Shown here: positions 20,180 through 28,509 of the stretch, in pieces
How positions within the stretch are numbered: position 1 is the stretch's first letter
Layout of the letters: each line of letters begins with the position of its first letter
Assembly (NCBI GenBank): GCA_050506795.1
Contig: JBJHCF010000004.1
Location: forward strand, 32,001-96,000
Length of the DNA: 64,000 nt
Direction: 5' to 3'
DNA from: Opitutia bacterium
GTDB lineage: Bacteria; Verrucomicrobiota; Verrucomicrobiia; Opitutales; T3Sed10-336
Notes under the pieces: model-generated
Database searches by the model: none
Seen by the model: only the letters and a program-made list of their open reading frames with translations
What the model was told of the DNA's origin: nothing
Position numbers and translations under genes: made by a program

Positions 20180-21490
20180 TCAGGCGCGGCCGAGGGTGAC
20201 GTTGTCGTAGTAGAGCGGCGTGTTGGTCTGGATCAGCGAGCCGAGATGGATCGTGTCGAAGGGGCCGGGAGCGTAGGCGAGATTTGTTCCGTTTGGGTCG
20301 AGCTTTCCATCGACGTAAACGTCCAGGCTGCTGTGACGGATAATCACCTCGAACTGATGCCAGCCACGGGAGCGCGGGGCGTCGAGCTGGATCCACCCTG
20401 ATCCGCCAACGTTGCGGAATTGGTATTTCGGGAGGCTGTAAGTCCCGGCAGTGACGGTGTTGTGAAGGCCGGCGGCGAAGATCACGAAAGAGTTGTCGCG
20501 GCGAAGCTCGGCGTATTCGCGGCCGGACTTTGGGTCGCTGGAGTCGTAGGGATCGTAGAAGCGGAAGGACCATTTTAGCGGCGCAGCATCGGTTGCGGAG
20601 ATCGGGTCGAACTGGGTCTTGCGGAGGCCGCCGGAGGAGAAGAGAACCAGGTTACCGGTCGCGAGGTTTTGCGCCGTAGCGACAGGAGCGCCGTCGGCGG
20701 CGCCGTAAGGCGTGTAGCTACCGTCTGGTCGCCACCTTGGGAGAGTCCATCCAGAGGGGCCTTTGTCTCCTTTCTCGTAGGAGATGATGTAGCTGTTATC
20801 GGCGGGCTCGAACCACATGAAGATGTCGTCCCGGCGGAAGCTGGCTCGGTTGTTGAAGAGCCCGTTGTAGTCCCAGGTTCCGTTGCCCTCCTCGGGAGTG
20901 ATGAAGCCGGTGACTTCAAGTGTGCTTCCCGGATAGGCGTTCGGGTCACGATCGAGGATCGAGACCGGGTTTTGGTTGTGCCACGGTTGCGAAGGCTCGG
21001 TCTCGGGCCAGGCCGCGTTAAAGGTGACGGGATTGTCGAGGTCGTAGATCTGAAATGTTTCGAGGAAATGCGGCCAGCGGAGGTCGATCATATCAACCTC
21101 GGCGGACCAGAGCATCGTGTCGTCGGGTTCCCCAGTGACGTGGAGGGATAACGCGCCGGGTGCGTCAGGCGCGGGAATAAGCGAAACTTCGCCACCGCTC
21201 CCGACCGGGCCAAGCTTTTGCTGGGCGCTCAACGAGATCACACCGGCGTCGTTGCGGGCAAGAACGAGAATTGATGCTCCGTAGGTGGTCGTGAAGGCCT
21301 CCGTGCGACCGGTGACGCGGATGCTCAGCAAACGCACCGCCCCGGCCGGGATGGTGAGGCGGTGGCGACCGGAGATAAGGAGTTCGGTCGCCTCGGTGCC
21401 ATAGCTCACGCCATGGAACTGGATTGGTTTTGTGGGCGTGCTGGCGGGAACAACCTCGGGCGGGCGCGGTGGAATGAGCGGCGGGAACAT
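20180..21490 (-). CDS. putative virion spike/adhesin with C-terminal ConA/LamG-like beta-sandwich
   Basis: Late-operon position; beta-rich; GWHQFEVII...DVYVDG...YYDNV pattern. Confidence 0.5.
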   Translation of the reverse strand: MFPPLIPPRPPEVVPASTPTKPIQFHGVSYGTEATELLISGRHRLTIPAGAVRLLSIRVTGRTEAFTTTYGASILVLARNDAGVISLSAQQKLGPVGSGGEVSLIPAPDAPGALSLHVTGEPDDTMLWSAEVDMIDLRWPHFLETFQIYDLDNPVTFNAAWPETEPSQPWHNQNPVSILDRDPNAYPGSTLEVTGFITPEEGNGTWDYNGLFNNRASFRRDDIFMWFEPADNSYIISYEKGDKGPSGWTLPRWRPDGSYTPYGAADGAPVATAQNLATGNLVLFSSGGLRKTQFDPISATDAAPLKWSFRFYDPYDSSDPKSGREYAELRRDNSFVIFAAGLHNTVTAGTYSLPKYQFRNVGGSGWIQLDAPRSRGWHQFEVIIRHSSLDVYVDGKLDPNGTNLAYAPGPFDTIHLGSLIQTNTPLYYDNVTLGRA

Positions 21491-21539
21491 TGGCGAGAAT
21501 TGGAGATTGGAAATTTGAGATTGAAGATCGTGTTCCGGG

Positions 21540-21833
21540 TCAGAGGAGTTGGGTGATTCGGAGAATCGCGTCGGCGGCTGTGGCGCGGATGAATCTGGCC
21601 TTGGTGTAGAGTTCCCGGGGCCAGAGCACTGCGCCTCCTCCGACCGGGAAGTAGTGGCCGTGATTGATGGTCGGCGTCGAGCCGTCGAAGGTCACGCGGA
21701 CGGGTCCGTTGTCGACGGAGACGAGAATTTGCCAGGTGTCCGAATGGAGGGCTGGCAACGCCACGGAGGCGCCCGACACCGCAACCGCGATGTCGGGGCC
21801 TTGTGGGTTTGGTTTAACCAGGTGGGCGCTCAT
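21540..21833 (-). CDS. small beta-rich putative structural protein
   Basis: 97 aa (MSAHLVK...ITQLL) directly after the major capsid gene; C-terminal part of track ORF 21540..22349. Confidence 0.6.
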   Translation of the reverse strand: MSAHLVKPNPQGPDIAVAVSGASVALPALHSDTWQILVSVDNGPVRVTFDGSTPTINHGHYFPVGGGAVLWPRELYTKARFIRATAADAILRITQLL

Positions 21834-21844
21834 GGCAGGCAGGC

Positions 21845-22762
21845 TCAGGTGACGCTGACCCGGCGGGCGCAAACCTTGGAGGTTACCTTGATGTCTTCGG
21901 TCCAATCCACCGCGAGGATGTCCGAGCGGTTGCTTTCGGCGCGGTAGATCCGGACGATGTCCACTCCCCCGCCGCGGGTGCGGAAGGTTTTCATGAACGA
22001 GGGATCGTAGACGCTCGGCGCTGCCTGGGCGATGAACAGGTAAAGCTCCGAGCCGATGATGTTGACGGCGTTCTTCGCCTTGCCGGGCTTTGCCGTGTCG
22101 GCGGACATGACGCCGACGCGGATGTCCAGGTTCGGGTTGAGCAGAAGGCTCGCGAACTGGGTCAGGGTGACGCCGACGCTGGCCGCTCCCGGGAAGCGTT
22201 TCACCACGGCCGGGTTGTGCCGGATGCGGCGCCACGCCGGAAGACCGATCGCCATGCGATTGGGCATCTGGCCGGTCTGGGTGGCCAGCTCTTCGATGAG
22301 TTGGTCGAGCTCGGCGACCGGGTCGTTGGTGTTGCTCGCGCCGTCCCATTGCCCCATGCCGCTGACGGCGGGAACGCTGGAAGCGGCGATCGAAAAGACC
22401 TTCGCTTCGTGGGCGACCTTGGCCCCGGAAACGAGGGTCCGGGTCTTGGCCTTTTCGAGGCCGAGCGGGTCGCCTTCTCCCGCTTGCCGGCGCTCGTGGT
22501 CGTCAATGGCGATTTCGAGCGCGTTCGGGTTGCAGTTGAAGAACGGATCCTCGGCTTCGAACTCCAGCCGGCGGGCGGGACCGCCGATGGCGCGGCGCGT
22601 ATCCGGGTTCTGGAACGCGTTTTTGTCGGAGAAGTCCTTGTATTGCCCGTTGGCGGACTGGACAACGACTTCCGGCGCGAGGAAGCTGGCGAGGGACGGC
22701 GAGCCGTCCTGCGAGAGCCCTCGGGCGTAGTTGGTGAGGGTGATGTTGAATTTAGAGGACAT
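21845..22762 (-). CDS. major capsid protein (HK97 fold inferred)
   Basis: 305 aa; follows protease and decoration genes; LTNYARG...LAPEV, WD...DPV, MPNRMAI patterns. Confidence 0.8.
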   Translation of the reverse strand: MSSKFNITLTNYARGLSQDGSPSLASFLAPEVVVQSANGQYKDFSDKNAFQNPDTRRAIGGPARRLEFEAEDPFFNCNPNALEIAIDDHERRQAGEGDPLGLEKAKTRTLVSGAKVAHEAKVFSIAASSVPAVSGMGQWDGASNTNDPVAELDQLIEELATQTGQMPNRMAIGLPAWRRIRHNPAVVKRFPGAASVGVTLTQFASLLLNPNLDIRVGVMSADTAKPGKAKNAVNIIGSELYLFIAQAAPSVYDPSFMKTFRTRGGGVDIVRIYRAESNRSDILAVDWTEDIKVTSKVCARRVSVT

Positions 22763-22814
22763 AGCTGTGGAATTTCAGATTTGAGATCGGAGATTGGAAA
22801 CGAGTGGTTGCGGG

Positions 22815-23213
22815 TTACGGTGCGATGAGGACGGCCTCGATCTTCTCTTCGGCGACACCGCCCTCCAGCGCCATGGCAACGCGTGGCGTGGTCGGTGCGT
22901 CGCTGCTGGCGACGAAGGCAACTTCGTCGTTGTCTTCGAAAAGACCGAGAAGCGTGCCGGTCTGGGTGACCGGGCCGAAGAGCTTCACGCGGACGGTTCC
23001 GGAGAAGCCTCCCCGCGCCGGGGCGACGGTGACTTGCTCACCGGCTTTCCCGCCTTTGAGAAGGACGCCAAACGGCGTCTGCTCGGCGTTGGTCAGAAGA
23101 GTGATCTCGTTCTGACCGGTGACGATGACTGGATAGCCCTCCTTGCCGGTAAGATCGATGGCTGCCTTGAATGGCAGGATAGCGTTTTCGCGAACAATGC
23201 CTACTTGGCTCAT
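22815..23213 (-). CDS. capsid decoration/cement protein (DUF2190-like)
   Basis: 132 aa, beta-rich, between protease and capsid; PFGVL, VAMALEGG. Confidence 0.65.
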   Translation of the reverse strand: MSQVGIVRENAILPFKAAIDLTGKEGYPVIVTGQNEITLLTNAEQTPFGVLLKGGKAGEQVTVAPARGGFSGTVRVKLFGPVTQTGTLLGLFEDNDEVAFVASSDAPTTPRVAMALEGGVAEEKIEAVLIAP

Positions 23214-23231
23214 AGCTGTGGATTCCTTTCT

Positions 23232-24350
23232 TTAGTTGAACAGTTCCGGGGCCTCGGCCTGGGCCTTGGCGAAGATGGTGTCGAAGGTGGCGGCCGGGTG
23301 AGCGGCGCGGAGATCGTTCAGCTTTTTGAGCTGAAGGGCCTCCTGGTTCTGGACGGGGCCGGTGCCCGCATCGCGTGCGGTGACGATGGTCGCGAAGGCG
23401 GGATTGACCGGAAGGGCCTCCAGGGCCTGCACGGCTTTCCCTTCATCGCGGATGAGAGCGTCGACCCAAAAGGTCTTGGCGTTTTCGTCCTTTGGCGCGA
23501 CGCGGCCGGCCTGAATGGCGGCATCGACGCGGGCCTCGGCTTTGGCTCGGATGGCGTTGTCACGCTCGGTTTCGAGAGCGGTCAGGCGTTCCTTCGCCGC
23601 CGCGAGATCGGCGCTGCTGGATTGCAGCGCGGTAACTTTGGCTTTCACCTGGGCGATGATGTCGGCTTCCTCCGTGGCGGAGGCCTCGACCAGCCCGAGT
23701 GTCACCAGATTCTTCAGTAGTTCTTTCATGGTTACGTGGTCTTCAGTTGCGGGTTGTGGATCTTGTCCCTTGGCGAACAAGGGCTGGATTCGTTTGAAGG
23801 CGGCGCGGTTTACAAGTCCGCCCATGTTGGTTTCGCTCCCGATGACGCGGCCTGCGGCATCGAGGAGAAAAGTCGGAGAAAAGCGCCGAAAGGCGCGGTC
23901 CTGGATGGCTTTCTTGCCGACGCCGGACCATTCGATCTTGGCGCGAACGCCGCCGGTCTTCGGGTCGTCGCCTCCCCAGAAGATTTTGACCGGCCATGCC
24001 GCGGCCTCGCGGTCGTCGTGATTGAAGTCGAAGAAGGGCTTGTCCTCGGCCCCGGCTGCGGCCAGCGCAAGCTGGCGGGTTAGCCAATCGGAGAGCGCGG
24101 TTGCCGTGGCCTGGCTGACCTCCACGTCGAGTTCGACCGGTTTGCCGGCGCGGGAGGCGCGAATGCGGTGACGGCCGGGCGGCATGTATTGGATCTCTTC
24201 GGGAAGTTGGTCCTCGGCCGGCTCTGGAAGAGCGACGGAGAATGCAGCTTTTACGGGCTCGCCCTTGGGCGGCGCGTAGGCCATGACGCCGTCGGGGCCT
24301 TCGGTCCATCCGGGATTGGAGGTTGGGGAGTTGTGATCGTGTGCGGTCAT
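23232..24350 (-). CDS. Mu gpI-like prohead protease with C-terminal scaffold
   Basis: MPPG, FDFNHD, AAAW, IEWS, FRRFSPTF, GLVNRAAF; helical C-terminus with VDAAIQAGRVAP. Confidence 0.85.
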   Translation of the reverse strand: MTAHDHNSPTSNPGWTEGPDGVMAYAPPKGEPVKAAFSVALPEPAEDQLPEEIQYMPPGRHRIRASRAGKPVELDVEVSQATATALSDWLTRQLALAAAGAEDKPFFDFNHDDREAAAWPVKIFWGGDDPKTGGVRAKIEWSGVGKKAIQDRAFRRFSPTFLLDAAGRVIGSETNMGGLVNRAAFKRIQPLFAKGQDPQPATEDHVTMKELLKNLVTLGLVEASATEEADIIAQVKAKVTALQSSSADLAAAKERLTALETERDNAIRAKAEARVDAAIQAGRVAPKDENAKTFWVDALIRDEGKAVQALEALPVNPAFATIVTARDAGTGPVQNQEALQLKKLNDLRAAHPAATFDTIFAKAQAEAPELFN

Positions 24351-24640
24351 TTCGGTTTCCAGATCAGAGCGATAGAACAGCGGCAGTTGGGATGAACGGG
24401 GGGAAAGCGTGTCCAATCCTTGCCGTAAAGAGTGCCGTGGAGAGCGCCGCATACAGAGCAAGTGCCTTCATCGAAGTCAGTGATCCAGACGTAGGTCTGG
24501 TTTGGATCGAGCGGAGGCGGCGGCTCGCCGTCGGGATAGGTGTAGAACCATCCGTCAGGGCCTTTAACCCAACCGGGATGGCGTTCCGATTCCCGAAGCG
24601 GTTCTTCCGCGTGTAGTGCTTGTTTGGCGACGTCATTCAT
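24347..24640 (-). CDS. minimal Mu gpF/SPP1 gp7-like head protein
   Basis: CSVCGALHG and PPVHPNCRC motifs in only 97 aa; overlaps both neighbours by 4 nt. Confidence 0.7.
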   Translation of the reverse strand: MNDVAKQALHAEEPLRESERHPGWVKGPDGWFYTYPDGEPPPPLDPNQTYVWITDFDEGTCSVCGALHGTLYGKDWTRFPPVHPNCRCSIALIWKPK

Positions 24641-26019
24641 TCAGTCCCGGGTCGAGGGTGAAGGGATTTTGGATTTTCGATTGCGGATTGCGGATTTGGA
24701 TTCGCGGGTGGGTTGTAGAGCACGTCCTCTTTGCCTGGAGCGGGAACCTTGTGGCGTTCGTAGAGCCACTGGCGGGAGACCGGCAGGGCCATATCGACGA
24801 AGAGTAGCTTGTCGCGCTCGACGAGCTCCTTGTCACGGGTAAGGCGCGGGATCTCGACTTCGATGTAGGGAAGCTCTTCGAGGTCGCCGTAGTTGAGCTG
24901 GATGATGGCGGGAATGAGCTGGTGATTGAGAACCTCGGCGACGTGGTTGGCGTAGCCTTCAAAGAGGTCGAGTTCGACTTCGCGGTGAACGCGGCCAAGA
25001 GCTTGCGTGCCTCCGCTTGCGGGAGTGTCGGACGTGAGAGTCTGGCCGAGGAAAAGAAGGTCGCATGCCTTGTCGGCGATGATCATCAGGCGCTCGTTCG
25101 GATCAGTGGGACCGGCTACGCCCGGAACGATGCCGTTGGACATGATGTTGATGTCGGTCCCTTTCGGGAACGCTCCCCAGGCGGATGCTCCCATCTGCTG
25201 GAGCATGTTGGCGATCAGTTGAACCTGACTGTCGGGGATGTGCTCGTCGTAGGTGGCGTAGCGGAGCGGGATCCCGAAAAGCTCCGTTTTCGAAAGCATC
25301 CACTCATAGCCAAGGAGGCGACCGAGCCAGAGCGGAGCGAGGGCGCGAAGCTGGGCGCAGGCGCCGGGGTTCGGAATGGTCGGCGGAAAGACCGAGAGAA
25401 GGAACTTGTTCGGGTAGCGGTCAAACGAGTGTGCTTCGTGGCGGTTTCGCTCCGGGTATAGCATCAGCCGGCCGGCGTGGGGATTGTGCATCGAGATGTC
25501 GAAGCCGAGGCAGGAGTAAGGAACGCGGCGCGTGCCGGTCGGGAGGATGAGTCGGTCACGAATTGCCCAATCAACCTCCAGCACGGTGACGCCCACGGCG
25601 ATGGAATCGACGAGGTTGCTGATCGTTTGGGCGAGGTTGATCTTGTTTTCGGCGAGATTCGTCGCGCCGCCGTGGAGAGCGGTTTCGATGAGGGAGGCGC
25701 GTTCGATGGCGCTGGCGGTTGGCTCCTTCCCCTTCGGACTCCATGGCTGAATGTTCCATGGGAGCTTGGTGACACTGACCTTGATCTTGTTGAGGTTCGA
25801 CCGGAGGCGCGGCCAGGTGTCGAACATGATCGAGAAAAGCTCCTGCTGACGCTCAAGGTCTCCCTGCAGTCCGGCGTCGAGCATGGCGCCCATGGTGTCG
25901 GGGTCGATGGAGCGACCCGAGAATATGTGACGGAAATCGAGGCCGGAAGGCTGGATCACCGGCTTGAGGAGCTTCCGTGGAGCGGCGTCTTTGGCTTTCG
26001 TGAGAAACGGGATTCTCAT
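24637..26019 (-). CDS. portal protein, DUF935 (Mu gp29-like)
   Basis: ELFGIPLRYATY, LFLGQTLTS, GTQALGRVH, LNHQLIPAIIQLNY. Confidence 0.9.
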   Translation of the reverse strand: MRIPFLTKAKDAAPRKLLKPVIQPSGLDFRHIFSGRSIDPDTMGAMLDAGLQGDLERQQELFSIMFDTWPRLRSNLNKIKVSVTKLPWNIQPWSPKGKEPTASAIERASLIETALHGGATNLAENKINLAQTISNLVDSIAVGVTVLEVDWAIRDRLILPTGTRRVPYSCLGFDISMHNPHAGRLMLYPERNRHEAHSFDRYPNKFLLSVFPPTIPNPGACAQLRALAPLWLGRLLGYEWMLSKTELFGIPLRYATYDEHIPDSQVQLIANMLQQMGASAWGAFPKGTDINIMSNGIVPGVAGPTDPNERLMIIADKACDLLFLGQTLTSDTPASGGTQALGRVHREVELDLFEGYANHVAEVLNHQLIPAIIQLNYGDLEELPYIEVEIPRLTRDKELVERDKLLFVDMALPVSRQWLYERHKVPAPGKEDVLYNPPANPNPQSAIENPKSLHPRPGTE

Positions 26020-27392
26020 CAGTTACGCCCTCCAAAGGTTGCGCCCGCCGTGTAGATCGAGCGGAAGCGGGTTGGCGTCGGGACGAACCGCGAGGGATTG
26101 CCGCCGATCTGGAAGGCGTTCGGTTTTGGCGCGGATCCGGTTCCGCCGTGGCGGGCTGCGGCATGCAGGGCCAACGCGAGGGCGGTGGAGCGGTCGGCGT
26201 GGCCGTCGGCCGTTCGTGCGGCGGTGTATCGAATGTTTCCGGACGGGGAAACGATCCGTTGCAGGCTGGCCAGATCGTCGCGCAAGCGTGCGTCGAGAGG
26301 GATTTTGATCGTGCCTTCCTGGAAGTGTTTCTTGGCGCGAATGAACAGCTCGCGTTTGCTCTCCGCAGAAAAGGTAACGGGGTCGAGCTTGTAGTCGCCG
26401 AGGGTATCGGCCAGGTGCTCGGAAATCGGTCCGCCGATACCCGTCGCGTCGATGGCGGAATAGGTGGCGCGTTGCAGGCGCGGCGTGAGAGCCGCTTCCT
26501 GCTCCGGGAAAGGGACGCCGTCGAGGATTAGGATTTCGCGGGTCCAGAACGTGCCGTTGACCGCTTCGACCGTCCAGCAAACGGTGAGGTCGCGCTTGCG
26601 GCCGATGTCGACGCCGACGAAAACTGGGTTTCCGGTGAGAGCGTTCCAATCGTGGGAAGCAGCGGAATCCTCGGCAGCAGTGATGAGATCGCGGGGGAAG
26701 ACCTGGGCGCTCTCTGCCATGAACTGGCACTCGAACTCCTGCGACCATCCATCAGGATCGTTCAAGTTGGCGCGAAGCTCGTCGATGTTGACGGCGAGTC
26801 CGGCCTCTGCCGCATCGTAGATGGTGGTTTTGTGACGGGAGAAGTCGGCTCCGTTTTCCCACAGGTCGAAGTATTTGTTGTTCATCCCGGCCGGCGTGGA
26901 GATCACGCGCAGCTTGAGCCGACCGCGAAGGGGATTGGTGATGATCGGATAAACCGCCCTCCAGATGTCCTCGGGCTTTTCGTGGAAGGCGAACTCGTCC
27001 AGGACGAGATTGCCGGAGTAGCCACGGGCGGTGGAGGGATTGGCCGGGAGCGCGATTAGACGAGCACCATTGGGAAAGCGGCACTGGCTGGCTTTCGTTT
27101 CGGGGCGGTATTCCTGGCCGGTTTCGAAGGAGATCGCATCGCAGAAGACGGCGGCGGCCTGGTGGACCTTGGCCATAAATTCGAGAGCCTGCCGTTCACC
27201 GGCGGAGAGGATCACCCAGTCGCCACCCGTTTCGAGTGCATCGGCGACGACCTCGAACGCGGTCGCGAGCGATCCGCCGATTTGCCGGGATTTGAGCCAG
27301 ATCTTGAAGCGGGTCCGGTCGTTGACCCAGCTGCGCTGATACGGGAGCAGGAGGTCGAAGGGAGATACCTTCAATTTCGGACGTTTGCTCAC
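26019..27392 (-). CDS. terminase large subunit (Mu gp28-like)
   Basis: LLPYQ, KSRQIG, TARGYSG, LDEFAF, VISTP, QEFECQF, GVDIGR, IDATGIG, GHAD. Confidence 0.93.
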   Translation of the reverse strand: MSKRPKLKVSPFDLLLPYQRSWVNDRTRFKIWLKSRQIGGSLATAFEVVADALETGGDWVILSAGERQALEFMAKVHQAAAVFCDAISFETGQEYRPETKASQCRFPNGARLIALPANPSTARGYSGNLVLDEFAFHEKPEDIWRAVYPIITNPLRGRLKLRVISTPAGMNNKYFDLWENGADFSRHKTTIYDAAEAGLAVNIDELRANLNDPDGWSQEFECQFMAESAQVFPRDLITAAEDSAASHDWNALTGNPVFVGVDIGRKRDLTVCWTVEAVNGTFWTREILILDGVPFPEQEAALTPRLQRATYSAIDATGIGGPISEHLADTLGDYKLDPVTFSAESKRELFIRAKKHFQEGTIKIPLDARLRDDLASLQRIVSPSGNIRYTAARTADGHADRSTALALALHAAARHGGTGSAPKPNAFQIGGNPSRFVPTPTRFRSIYTAGATFGGRN

Positions 27393-27889
27393 TCCTTAGC
27401 TCCTACTGCTCCAAGTCGGTCGCGCCAGCTTTGGAGAATTTCACGCTGGTCGGCCTGGTTGATGTTAACCTCGGTCTTGACGAGGGCCGTCGGGCGGTCG
27501 GCGTAGACGTCCGGCTTGTGGCTCTTGAGGAGGAAGATCAAGCAGGCGTCGGAAAACTTGCGCTTGTATCCACAAAGGTTGCCTTTGATGTCAAAGACCG
27601 GCTCTTCCCAGCCGTCGACCGCACGGCGATGGAGCTCCTGTTCGGCGGATTCGATCCGCTGGACGTTCTTAACGCGGTCGCGTTCAAGTTGGGCGGCCTG
27701 GAGGCGCGGCGTCAGTTCGGGGCGACGGGTGAGGTTCCTGTAGAAGTTGCGCGGATTTAAGCCCTCGCGCTCAATAGCTTCGTAGGTGGGTTGGCCGTCG
27801 AGGATGTTTGCGAGGACGCGATCAAAAAGCGCTTCCGAGAATTTCGAAAGCCTGCCGGCTCGTTTTGCTACTGCCGTTTGCCTTGCCAC
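27389..27889 (-). CDS. terminase small subunit
   Basis: N-terminal HTH, ELHRRAVDGWEEPVF...KFSDACLIFLLK; GTGA overlap with terL. Confidence 0.8.
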   Translation of the reverse strand: MARQTAVAKRAGRLSKFSEALFDRVLANILDGQPTYEAIEREGLNPRNFYRNLTRRPELTPRLQAAQLERDRVKNVQRIESAEQELHRRAVDGWEEPVFDIKGNLCGYKRKFSDACLIFLLKSHKPDVYADRPTALVKTEVNINQADQREILQSWRDRLGAVGAKE

Positions 27890-28029
27890 GAATTAATGGC
27901 ATGACATACGGGGGGCTAGGACAACTTGGGAAGTTGTGTAAAAGTTGCTGGATTTAACTGTATTTGTGCACGGTCGCGAAAACCGGAAAGTTCGTGGCCA
28001 TGTTCAGGAGAAAAGGTAGGTTGTGTGTG

Positions 28030-28506
28030 ATGTCTGAAAAATCGAGCAGGTGTTGTGATGAGGCGTCCAAAGGTCCCTTCGATGAAGTTCTGGGCTGTCC
28101 TCGTTGTGGCCGCAAGGGTCGCCCGGTCTCCGAATTGACGGTAAAGCAGCAGGTAGCACCGGAACATTTGGAGGCGGCAAGCGGCGAAGGGAATCAGTTC
28201 TGCGGGACTCCGGATTGCGCGGTGGTGTATTTTGTCGCTGGGGGGCAGGTCTTCGAGCAGAAGGATCTACGGCAGAAAGTTGGGTTGAAGGACCGTTCAG
28301 ATCCGTCCCCGGTTTGCTACTGCTTTGGGTTTACAAGGAGGATGGTGGAAGATGAGGTTCGGTCGACTGGCAGGAGCACGATTCCGGACCGCATTGCCCG
28401 CGAAGTGAAGGCAGGAAACTGTGCGTGTGAGGCGCGGAATCCACAGGGGAGTTGTTGCCTTGGGAATGTGACGGCGGCGGTGAAAGAGGCGGAACGTGGG
28501 GGTTGA
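28030..28506 (+). CDS. Cys-rich Zn/[2Fe-2S] metallochaperone (CopZ N-terminal domain-like)
   Basis: CPRCG, FCGTPDCAVVYF, VCYCF, CACEARNPQGSCCLGNV. Confidence 0.85.
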   Translation: MSEKSSRCCDEASKGPFDEVLGCPRCGRKGRPVSELTVKQQVAPEHLEAASGEGNQFCGTPDCAVVYFVAGGQVFEQKDLRQKVGLKDRSDPSPVCYCFGFTRRMVEDEVRSTGRSTIPDRIAREVKAGNCACEARNPQGSCCLGNVTAAVKEAERGG

Positions 28507-28509
28507 TCG

